A stretch of 64,000 bases of DNA from an uncultured Alphaproteobacteria bacterium (GTDB lineage: Bacteria; Pseudomonadota; Alphaproteobacteria; Rhodobacterales; Rhodobacteraceae), in assembly GCA_963829665.1 (NCBI GenBank), contig CAWHJL010000014.1, forward strand, positions 34,981 to 98,980, read 5' to 3'. Under the pieces are notes generated by a model. The model ran no database searches and was not told the origin of the DNA. It worked only from the letters and a program-made list of their open reading frames with translations. The translations under genes and the position numbers were made by a program. Below, piece after piece: positions 1-7,736 of this stretch. Numbering within the stretch: position 1 is the first letter of the stretch; the number at the start of each line of letters is the position of its first letter.

Positions 1-845
1 CGGGCGAGCCGATCTTCGACTGGGAGGAGCGCGACGTCCCTGCCTCCGACGCCGACGGCGAGACGGCCGCGCCGACCCAGCCGTTCCCGACCGCGCCGCC
101 GCCGACGAACGATCCCGAGGCCTGGCCGGGGGTGTGGTGGCTGGCCGATCTGGTCTCCTTCGGCGGCTGCTCGCGCCGCGCCGACGAGCTGGAATATGAC
201 GGCCTCTTCACCCCGCCCTCGACCGGCGGCACGCTGACCTACCCGGCCACCGCCGGCGGCATGCAATGGGGCGGCGCCGCCGTCGATCCGGATAGCGGCC
301 TGCTCTACGTCAATGCGAGCCGCGTGGTGCAGGAATACCGCCTCGTCCCGCGCGAGGAATACGAGCGGATCCAGGGCGGCTCGGGCAACGAATCGGGCTA
401 TTACCCGCAGGAGGGCGCTCCCTACGGCTTTTACCTGTCGAACTTCCAGAACTGGGCCGGGATGCCGTGCTGGAAGCCGCCCTTCGGCACCATCTCGGCC
501 TACGACATCGCCGAGGGAACGAAGGTCTGGGAGAAGCCCTTCGGCCGCGTCCAGCGCTACGGCTTCTACATGCCCGAAAGCTGGGGCAGCCCGACGATCG
601 GCGGCCCGGCGGTCACCGGTGGCGGGCTGATCTTCATCGGCGCCTCCATCGACGCCCGCGTCCGCGCCCTCGATGCCGAGACCGGGGAAGAGCTCTGGTC
701 CGACAACGTCATGGCGCCGGCAGTCGCCAACCCGGCCGTCTTCGAGCGGGACGGGCGCGAATGGGTGGTCTTCGTCGCCGGAGGCAACTCGATCCTGAAG
801 CCCGAAGTGGGCGACGAGATCGCCGCCTACGCGCTGCCCGAATAG
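1..845 (+). CDS. PQQ-dependent (quinoprotein) glucose/quinate-type dehydrogenase, C-terminal part; 5' end lies outside the window
   Basis: Frame 3 is open from base 3 (GEPIFDWEERDVP...TQPFP...). The C-terminal beta-propeller-like sequence (GGMQWGGAAVDP, GTISAYDIAEGTKVWEKPFG, GGLIFIGASIDARVRALDAETGEELW) is typical of membrane quinoprotein dehydrogenases. Stop at 843-845. Confidence 0.8.
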   Translation, partial: GEPIFDWEERDVPASDADGETAAPTQPFPTAPPPTNDPEAWPGVWWLADLVSFGGCSRRADELEYDGLFTPPSTGGTLTYPATAGGMQWGGAAVDPDSGLLYVNASRVVQEYRLVPREEYERIQGGSGNESGYYPQEGAPYGFYLSNFQNWAGMPCWKPPFGTISAYDIAEGTKVWEKPFGRVQRYGFYMPESWGSPTIGGPAVTGGGLIFIGASIDARVRALDAETGEELWSDNVMAPAVANPAVFERDGREWVVFVAGGNSILKPEVGDEIAAYALPE

Positions 846-901
846 GCCCCGGCGGCGCGGCCGGACCCCGGGGGCCGGTCGCCCCGGGAGCCCGTCCGCG
901 C

Positions 902-1111
902 TCAGATCGCCTGCGAGGCCGCCACGTTGCCGTGCCACTCGACGCCGGTATGGGGTTGCGCCGCGAAGGGCGCCCCGGGCAGGCCCGTGGCGAGCATGAT
1001 GCCGACGGCGAGCGCGGCGAAGATCAGCAGCGCCAGCGCCAGCCGCACGAGGTCGTCCCGGGCCGGCGAATGGGCATGGCCGGGAGCCGCGTTGATGTCG
1101 AAGAAGGTCAT
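902..1111 (-). CDS. small (69 aa) single-pass membrane protein, function unknown
   Basis: Third-codon positions are almost all G/C by hand count. AGGAG lies upstream of the ATG (ccaggagagagaccATG). There is one hydrophobic helix (LALALLIFAALAVGIMLATGL). Confidence 0.55.
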   Translation of the reverse strand: MTFFDINAAPGHAHSPARDDLVRLALALLIFAALAVGIMLATGLPGAPFAAQPHTGVEWHGNVAASQAI

Positions 1112-1237
1112 GGTCTCTCTCCTGGAACTGAGTGTCTGATTGCCGGTCTAGCCCTCCGTATCTCAGCAGTAAAACGAATGATTGATGGGGAAATGATCAC
1201 GATAAGCGATGGATCTCGGCGGCGAGGTCCGGCACCC

Positions 1238-1281
1238 GGACTCCGACGGGACTCCGACAGGATTCCGACAGGAATCCGACA
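1238..1281. repeat. four tandem copies of an 11-bp unit GGAnTCCGACA ending exactly at the rluE ATG
   Basis: Read directly: ggactccgacg / ggactccgaca / ggattccgaca / ggaatccgaca, followed by atg at 1282. Confidence 0.9.
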
Positions 1282-1893
1282 ATGAGCCGGCCGCGTCCGA
1301 GGCCCCGCCGCAGCCCTGGTCCGACCCGTCTCGTGGCCTTCAACAAGCCCATGAACGTGCTCAGCCAGTTCACCTCCGACGGCCATTGGCCGGGTCTCGC
1401 GGACTGGCTCGACCTGCCCGGCCTCTATCCCGCCGGCCGCCTCGACCGCGACAGCGAGGGCCTTCTTTTGCTGACCAATGACGGCCGGCTCCAGGCCCGG
1501 CTGACCCATCCGAAACACGCCTTCTCGAAGACCTATCTCGTCCAGGTCGAGGGCGATCCGGGCCCCGACCAGATCGCCGCGCTCTGCGCCGGCCTCCTCC
1601 TGAAGGACGGCCCGACCCGCCCCGCCGAGGCGGTCCGGATCGACCCCCCCGCCCTCTGGCCCCGCGACCCCCCCATCCGCGCCCGCCCGTCCGTCCCCGA
1701 CGCCTGGCTGCGACTGGTAATCTCGGAAGGCCGCAACCGCCAGGTCCGCCGCATGACCGCCCAGGTCGGCCTTCCCTGCCTGCGTCTCGTCCGCTGGTCC
1801 ATCGGCCTGACAAGTCTCGACAATCTCGCGCCAGGCGCCTGGCGTGAGGTCGATCCCGTGGAGGTCGTGGCGCCCCGATCGCCCGGCTCTTGA
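1282..1893 (+). CDS. rluE: RluE/RsuA-family rRNA pseudouridine synthase
   Basis: LVAFNKPMNVLSQF, the catalytic-Asp motif AGRLDRDSEGLLLLTNDG, and LTHPKHAFSKTYLVQVEG. Confidence 0.8.
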   Translation: MSRPRPRPRRSPGPTRLVAFNKPMNVLSQFTSDGHWPGLADWLDLPGLYPAGRLDRDSEGLLLLTNDGRLQARLTHPKHAFSKTYLVQVEGDPGPDQIAALCAGLLLKDGPTRPAEAVRIDPPALWPRDPPIRARPSVPDAWLRLVISEGRNRQVRRMTAQVGLPCLRLVRWSIGLTSLDNLAPGAWREVDPVEVVAPRSPGS

Positions 1894-1937
1894 AGTATGT
1901 TAGGGAACCCCGGGCCGGGGCTCCGGTTTCTTGCCGC

Positions 1938-2564
1938 ATGATTGAATGGATCGCTGCAAACGCCCAGGCCCTCAACACCATCTTCAGCGGCATCCTGATG
2001 ATCGTGTGGGTCGTCTATCTCAACCTGATCCTGACCGGGATCCGCCGCACCCGGCGGCCGATGCTGATGATTAGCCGCGGCGCGGGATCGGGCGCCCAGG
2101 CCCGCCTCTTCATCTCGAACATGGGCGCCGAGCCGGCCTACATTACCGCCCTGATCGCCGACGTGGAAAGCCGCGAGGGGAAGAAGGTCACGGCAACGAT
2201 CACCCAGAACGACGAGCTGTCGGCGGACGACCTGTCCGATCCCGGCGCCGCCACCAACGAGGGGCCGCTCGATTCGGGCGCCTACATGGACAGCGGCAGC
2301 TTCGGAGGCCTGCTCACGCGCATCTCGATGAACGCGAGCGAGCCGGTGGAGGCGGAGGCAATCGACCGGGTGACGCTGACGGTGGTGGCCGCCACCGGCC
2401 ATTCGGCGACCATCGCGGCCGGACGAAAGACCTACCGGATCAAGCGGGACGACGACGGAATGCTGTTCCATCCCGAGCACTTGTCGACGACCCAGCTCCG
2501 CAGCGTCTGGGCTCGCCGACGGATTCACCGGAGGCTCAATCGGGACCTGCAGGCGGAACTCTGA
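1938..2564 (+). CDS. hypothetical N-terminally membrane-anchored protein
   Basis: ATG at 1938 (MIEWIAANAQ...). One N-terminal TM helix (IFSGILMIVWVVYLNLILTGI) followed by a soluble domain of about 170 aa. I recognise no family motif. Confidence 0.6.
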   Translation: MIEWIAANAQALNTIFSGILMIVWVVYLNLILTGIRRTRRPMLMISRGAGSGAQARLFISNMGAEPAYITALIADVESREGKKVTATITQNDELSADDLSDPGAATNEGPLDSGAYMDSGSFGGLLTRISMNASEPVEAEAIDRVTLTVVAATGHSATIAAGRKTYRIKRDDDGMLFHPEHLSTTQLRSVWARRRIHRRLNRDLQAEL

Positions 2565-2882
2565 TCACCCCGGATCCTCCTGAAGCCACGTCTCGCCGGG
2601 ATGGATATCCGTGGTCTCGAGCCGCCCGGGCTCGAGAGTCTCGAACCGGTGAGCCGTGCCCGCCGGGGCGAGCAGCAGGTCGCCCTCGCCGGCCTCGATC
2701 CGCTCGTCGCCAAGAAGGAACAGGTCGCGGCCCCGGCGGATGACGAAAACCTCGTCGCAGGGATGGCGGTGCAGCCGCGGCCCGGCGCCGGGCTCGTCGG
2801 AGGAAAAGTACAGCACGGCGAAATGGCCGATCCAGCGCCGCGGCTCACGCGCCCAGCCGCTGCGCGTCAGCATTAGCGCCAT
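2565..2882 (-). CDS. cupin domain protein
   Basis: Cupin metal motifs: PRLHRHPCDEVFVIRRG ... APAGTAHRF. Confidence 0.7.
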   Translation of the reverse strand: MALMLTRSGWAREPRRWIGHFAVLYFSSDEPGAGPRLHRHPCDEVFVIRRGRDLFLLGDERIEAGEGDLLLAPAGTAHRFETLEPGRLETTDIHPGETWLQEDPG

Positions 2883-2994
2883 GCCGCGCGCTCCTCGCAG
2901 CGAAGAGGGCGTGGCATCCCGACACGCCTAGGGAACGCGAGAGCCGCGAATGTCCTAGTGCGGCAAGAGATGTCCATTGCCAAGGAGAGATACG

Positions 2995-3519
2995 ATGCCC
3001 GGCACACCGACCCCCGACAGCGCGGCCCCGGCCCTGAAGCTGCCGCTGATCATCGGCACCGAATGGGACCTCGCGGATCAGAACCCGGAGGGCTTCACGC
3101 AGATCATCGTCTATCGCGGGCTGCATTGTCCGGTCTGCAAGCAGTATCTCTCGCAGATGCGCGACCTGTACGACCGGTTCCTCGAGAAGGGCGTGGAGAC
3201 GATCCATGTCTCCATGGACAGCGAGAACCGCGCCCGGCAGGCACACCGGGACTGGGGTCTCGACCCGATACCGATGGGCTACGGGCTAAGCGAGACGCAA
3301 GCCACGGAATGGGGTCTCTACCTGTCCGACCCGATCCAGGACAGCGAGAAGGGGAGGTTCGCCGAGCCCGCGGTGTTCTGGGTCCGGCCGGATGGACGGC
3401 TCTATCTCGCCGCGATCTCGAGTTCGCCCTTCGCGCGGACAGATCTCGAGGCGCTCCTCGACAAGGTCGATTTCGTCATGGAGAACCAGTATCCCGCCCG
3501 CGGGCGCGCCGCGGCGTGA
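2995..3519 (+). CDS. thioredoxin-fold AhpC/TSA (redoxin) family protein with CPVC motif
   Basis: AAGGAGAGA RBS lies 5 nt upstream of the ATG at 2995. Redoxin-like layout: IIVYRGLHCPVCKQYL ... VSMDSENRA ... AVFWVRPDGRLY. Confidence 0.7.
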   Translation: MPGTPTPDSAAPALKLPLIIGTEWDLADQNPEGFTQIIVYRGLHCPVCKQYLSQMRDLYDRFLEKGVETIHVSMDSENRARQAHRDWGLDPIPMGYGLSETQATEWGLYLSDPIQDSEKGRFAEPAVFWVRPDGRLYLAAISSSPFARTDLEALLDKVDFVMENQYPARGRAAA

Positions 3520-3522
3520 AGT

Positions 3523-4196
3523 TCAGAACCGTTCGACCCACGGACGGAGCGCGATCTCGTTCGACCAGGTGGAGCGGTCCTGCTCGGTGATCTGCCGGTA
3601 GACCCGGGCAATGGCGCCCGGGTCGAGCATCGACCCCGGCCGGTCCTCGGACCGGCCGGATTGCGGATCATCCCGTCGATGTTCACCCAGCAGACATGGA
3701 TGCCCTCGGGGTGCAATTCCCGGGCCATTGATTGCGCGAGCCCGCGCTGGGCGAACTTACCCATCGCGAAGGGCGCGGATCGCGGAAAGCCCGTCTCGCC
3801 GGCGCTCGCCCCGGTGAAAAGGATCGTGCCCCTAACCGGTCCGCCCTGCGCCAGCATCCGCCGGGCCGCCGCTTGGGCGACGACGAAGCTGCCGAAGGCG
3901 GACACGTCGAGAGCCCGCCGCACCTCCCCCGGTTCCAGATCGACCAGCGGGCCGCGGGCCCGGGCGGAAGGATGCACGATCGCGACTCGGTCGTCGATCC
4001 CCCCACGATCTCGGCCATACGGTCCGGGTCGGTGGCGTCGCCTTCGCGCATCTCGGCGCCGGTCTCGTGGACCAGGTCCGAGAGCTTGCCGACGTCCCGC
4101 GCGACCAGTGTCAGCGCATGGTCGCGAGCGAATTTCCCGCGCATGGGAGGCCGAGAGCCCCTCTCCGACGCAAACGATCAGGCCGGCCCTGGCCAT
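3523..4196 (-). pseudogene. short-chain dehydrogenase/reductase (SDR) disrupted by three frameshifts
   Basis: SDR sequence must be stitched from three minus-strand frames. These are MARAGLIVCVGEGLS; then MRGKFARDHALTLVARDVGKLSDLVHETGAEMREGDATDPDRMAEIVGG; then IDDRVAIVHPSA...ILFTGASAG...KFAQRGLAQSMARELHPEGIHVCWVNIDGMIRNP; then SMLDPGAIARVYRQITEQDRSTWSNEIALRPWVERF-stop at 3523-3525. Confidence 0.7.
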
Positions 4197-4294
4197 GGTC
4201 CGGTCTCCTTCTGCAGTCCGGCGCGCCCGCGGTCCAGGGGCACGGGCGTCAGATCGGCCTTCCGTTCAGCCCGGACCTGTGGAAGGAAAGACCG

Positions 4295-5209
4295 ATGCCC
4301 CACGATCATGATCACCACCATCACCATCATGTCGACCCCGGTGCGGGCGACGCCCGCGTGGCGATTGCAGTCGGCGTGAACCTGCTGCTTACCGCGGCGC
4401 AATTGATCGGCGGCGTGATCTCCGGCTCCCTGGCGCTGATCGCCGACGCGATCCACAATCTCTCCGATGCGCTGTCGCTCGTTATCGCCTTCGCGGCGCG
4501 GAAGATTGCCCGGCGCCCCGCGGACGAATCGATGACCTTCGGTTACGGGCGCGCGGAAGTGGTTGCCGCGCTCGTCAATCTCACGACGCTCGTGGTGATC
4601 GGGCTCTTTCTCGTCTACGAGGGCTTGATGCGGCTTGTCGACCCGCCCGAGGTGGAGGGATGGATCGTGGTGATACTCGCCGGCGTCGCGCTCGTCGTCG
4701 ATCTCGTGACGGTCCTGCTGACGGTCAGCATGGCGAAGTCCAGCATGAACATCCGGGCCGCGTACATCCACAATCTCGCGGACGCGCTCGGTTCGGTGGC
4801 GGTGGTCGTCGCCGGGACGCTCATCCTGCTCTACGACTGGAAGCTCGTCGACCCGATCGTGACGCTGGGCATCTCCGCCTACATCCTCTGGCATGCCGGG
4901 TCCGAGTTGCCGCCGGTGATCCGGTTGCTGATGCTCGGCGCGCCGGGAGAACCGGACACCGATGCGGTGCGGCGCGCCCTGTCGGACGTGGAGGGGGTCG
5001 AGAGCGTCCATCACGTGCATCTGTGGCAGATCGACGAACGGCGCCGATCCGTCGAGGCGCATCTCGTCGTGGTCGACCTGACCCGCGCGCCTGAGATCGT
5101 CCGGAGGGCCAAGCACGCGCTGGACGACCGGTTCGAGATCGGTCATTCGACCCTCGAGGTGGAGCATCCGGACGGCGAATGCGCCGGACCGGCCCGGCAA
5201 ACCGCCTGA
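4295..5209 (+). CDS. czcD: cation diffusion facilitator (CzcD/ZitB-type Zn/Co/Cd efflux) with His-rich N-terminus
   Basis: GGAAGGAAAG RBS before the ATG at 4295. MPHDHDHHHHHH tail. CDF signatures LIADAIHNLSD and HNLADALGSV, six TM segments, C-terminal HHVHLWQ. Confidence 0.85.
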   Translation: MPHDHDHHHHHHVDPGAGDARVAIAVGVNLLLTAAQLIGGVISGSLALIADAIHNLSDALSLVIAFAARKIARRPADESMTFGYGRAEVVAALVNLTTLVVIGLFLVYEGLMRLVDPPEVEGWIVVILAGVALVVDLVTVLLTVSMAKSSMNIRAAYIHNLADALGSVAVVVAGTLILLYDWKLVDPIVTLGISAYILWHAGSELPPVIRLLMLGAPGEPDTDAVRRALSDVEGVESVHHVHLWQIDERRRSVEAHLVVVDLTRAPEIVRRAKHALDDRFEIGHSTLEVEHPDGECAGPARQTA

Positions 5210-5211
5210 CC

Positions 5212-5787
5212 TCAGTCCTCCGGCAGATCGGCTGCCGGGATGATCGGGAAGAAGACCCCCGCCGAGGAGATGCCGAACCAGTCCGCCCCCTCGTGCCTCC
5301 GCGTCTCTCCGAGATCGACGAGGCGGTAGAAGCTCTTGCGGTCGATAAGCGCCTCGAGCCCGCCGCGGACATGGACGTAGGGGGAGGGCTCGCCGGTCGC
5401 GTCGCGTTCGACCCGGATCGGATGGTCGGGGCCGGCGGTGACGCGGTCGCCCACATTGGTCACGAAGCTGAGGGCGCCGTCGGTCTCGGTGAAGTCCACG
5501 GCGACGAAGGGCGCGTCCTCCACCTCGATTCCGACCTTCTCGACTGGCGTGACAAGGAAATACCGCTCGCCCTCGCGCCTGAGGATGGTCGAGAACAGCC
5601 GCACGAGCTTGTGCCGGCCGATCGGCGTGCCCTGGTAGAACCAGGTGCCGTCGCGGCGGATCCGCATGTCGAGATCGCCGCAGAACGGCGGATTCCACGC
5701 CTCCACGGGCGGCAGGCCGCCCTTCGAGGCGGCGCGGGCGGCGTCTTCCAGGGCACGGGCGTCGGGCATCACGGCCATTTGTCCCAC
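5212..5787 (-). CDS. DUF1285 family protein
   Basis: WNPPFCGDLDMRIRRDGTWFYQGTPIGRHKLVRLFSTIL ... YFLVTPVEK pattern. It is divergent from moxR, as is usual in alphaproteobacteria. Confidence 0.75.
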   Translation of the reverse strand: MGQMAVMPDARALEDAARAASKGGLPPVEAWNPPFCGDLDMRIRRDGTWFYQGTPIGRHKLVRLFSTILRREGERYFLVTPVEKVGIEVEDAPFVAVDFTETDGALSFVTNVGDRVTAGPDHPIRVERDATGEPSPYVHVRGGLEALIDRKSFYRLVDLGETRRHEGADWFGISSAGVFFPIIPAADLPED

Positions 5788-5865
5788 CTCCGGTTTTGCC
5801 GATTGTGCGGGTCGGGATAGGTCTGCATCTTACCGGCACGAGCTAGTTCCACGAGGAGACCTGTC

Positions 5866-6867
5866 ATGTCCGACCCCGTGCTCGACGAGATCGACGCCCT
5901 CGGCGCGAAGCTCGGAGAGGCGCGCGAGAGCATCGCGAAGCGCTTCGTCGGCCAGACCCGCGTCGTGGATCTGGTGCTCGCGACGCTGCTCTGCGGCGGG
6001 CACGGCCTGCTCATCGGCCTGCCGGGATTGGGCAAGACGCGCCTCGTGGAGACGCTCTCCACGGTGATGGGGCTCGACGGCAAGCGGGTGCAGTTCACGC
6101 CGGATCTCATGCCGGCGGACATCCTCGGCAGCGAGGTGCTGGAGACCGGCGCCGACGGGTCGCGTGCCTTCAAGTTCATCCGCGGGCCGGTCTTCTGCCA
6201 GCTTCTTATGGCGGACGAGGTCAACCGCGCCTCGCCCCGCACTCAGTCCGCCCTCCTGCAGGCGATGCAGGAGAAATCGGTGACGGTGGCGGGCCAGCCG
6301 CATGCGCTCGCCGCGCCCTTCCACGTCCTCGCGACGCAGAACCCGATCGAGCAGGAGGGAACCTATCCGCTGCCCGAGGCGCAGCTCGACCGCTTCCTCG
6401 TGCAGATCGACGTGCCCTATCCCGATCGCGACACGGAGCGGGAGATCCTCCTCGCGACCACCGGCGCCACCGAGGAGGCGGCCCGTCCCGTCTTCACCGA
6501 TCATGACCTGATCGCGGCGCAACTGCTGCTCCGCCGGATGCCCGTGGGGGACGGAGTGGTGGACGCGATCCTCGATCTCGTCCGGGCCTGCCGCCCCGAA
6601 GAGGCCGAGGCTCCGGTGTCGATCCGCGAGCATGTGGGCTGGGGGCCGGGGCCCCGCGCCGCGCAGGCCCTGATGCTGACGGTGCGGGCGCGGGCGCTGC
6701 TCGAGGGGCGTCTCGCCCCGAACGTGGAGGACGTGGCCGACATGGCCGGGCCGGTTCTCATCCACCGCATGGCGCTGACCTTCGCCGCGCGGGCGAGGGG
6801 AGAGCGGCTCGACAGGATCATCGCCGAGATCGTCGAGACCAATCTCAGGCTGCGGCCGGCGGCGTGA
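5866..6867 (+). CDS. moxR: MoxR-family AAA+ ATPase
   Basis: Walker A GLPGLGKT, Walker B LLMADEVNRASP, and QSALLQAMQE...FHVLATQNPIEQEGTYPLPEAQLDRF. Confidence 0.9.
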   Translation: MSDPVLDEIDALGAKLGEARESIAKRFVGQTRVVDLVLATLLCGGHGLLIGLPGLGKTRLVETLSTVMGLDGKRVQFTPDLMPADILGSEVLETGADGSRAFKFIRGPVFCQLLMADEVNRASPRTQSALLQAMQEKSVTVAGQPHALAAPFHVLATQNPIEQEGTYPLPEAQLDRFLVQIDVPYPDRDTEREILLATTGATEEAARPVFTDHDLIAAQLLLRRMPVGDGVVDAILDLVRACRPEEAEAPVSIREHVGWGPGPRAAQALMLTVRARALLEGRLAPNVEDVADMAGPVLIHRMALTFAARARGERLDRIIAEIVETNLRLRPAA

Positions 6868-7736
6868 GCGATGCCGCCGCCCTCCGCTCCCGAGCCGAGG
6901 CGCAAGCGGCCCCGTTTCCGGCGCTGCTGGCCGGTGCGCGCCATCTCGCCTCCTCGGTGATCCTCGGCCAGCACGGACGGCGCCGGCCGGGGCAGGGCGA
7001 CGAGTTCTGGCAGTATCGCCCGCTCGTCGCCGGCGACGAGGCGCGGGAGATCGACTGGCGCCGCTCCGGCCGGTCGGACGCCCATTTCGTGCGACAGAAG
7101 GAATGGCAGGCTGCGCAGTCGGTCACGTTCTGGGTGGATCCGTCGCGGTCCATGGCCTTCTCGTCGCGGCCGACCCTGCCGCAGAAGCGCGACCGCGCCC
7201 GTGAGCTCGCCCTCGCGCTCGCGGTACTGCTTGTCCGCGGCGGCGAGCGGGTGGGGCTCTCGGGCCGCGACCTTCCGCCCCGGACGGGCGAGGTCCAACT
7301 GGTGCGGCTCGCCGAGGCGCTGGTCGTCCCGGAGGCGGGCGAGTACGGCGCACCGGAGGGCCGGGAGATGCCGGCCCGGTCCCGCGCGCTCTTCATCTCC
7401 GATTTCCTCGGGGACCTCGCGCCGACGCGCCGTGCGCTGACCGAGGCCGCCGATCGCGGCGTCTCCGGAGCGCTCGTGCAGGTTCTCGATCCGCAGGAGG
7501 AGGCGTTCCCCTTCGACGGGCGCACGATCTTCGAGAGCATGGGCGGCACGATCCGGCACGAGACCCTGAAGGCCGGCGATCTGCGCAACCGCTACCTCGC
7601 GAGACTGGCGGAACGGAAGGCGGAACTGACCGATCTGGCCCGCTTGACCGGCTGGCAACACGCCTGTCACCATACCGACCGGCCGGCCGCCTCGGCGCTG
7701 CTCTGGGCCTATTCGGCTCTCGAGCGGGTGGTGTGA
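6864..7736 (+). CDS. DUF58 domain protein (MoxR partner)
   Basis: GTG start overlaps the moxR stop (GTGA). G(D/E)EFWQYRPLVAGDEAREIDWRRS is the DUF58 signature. Confidence 0.85.
   Translation: MSDAAALRSRAEAQAAPFPALLAGARHLASSVILGQHGRRRPGQGDEFWQYRPLVAGDEAREIDWRRSGRSDAHFVRQKEWQAAQSVTFWVDPSRSMAFSSRPTLPQKRDRARELALALAVLLVRGGERVGLSGRDLPPRTGEVQLVRLAEALVVPEAGEYGAPEGREMPARSRALFISDFLGDLAPTRRALTEAADRGVSGALVQVLDPQEEAFPFDGRTIFESMGGTIRHETLKAGDLRNRYLARLAERKAELTDLARLTGWQHACHHTDRPAASALLWAYSALERVV

Noticed and set aside
4298-4330. CAC/CAT-rich run that looks like a simple-sequence repeat
   Set aside because: It is the coding sequence of the His-rich N-terminal tail (HDHDHHHHHH) of the CDF transporter, a normal metal-binding feature.
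4178-5839. 553-aa minus-strand ORF spanning the CDF gene and DUF1285
   Set aside because: It is antisense to the CDF transporter and out of frame with the real DUF1285 gene on the same strand. The translation is Arg/Gly/Pro-rich.
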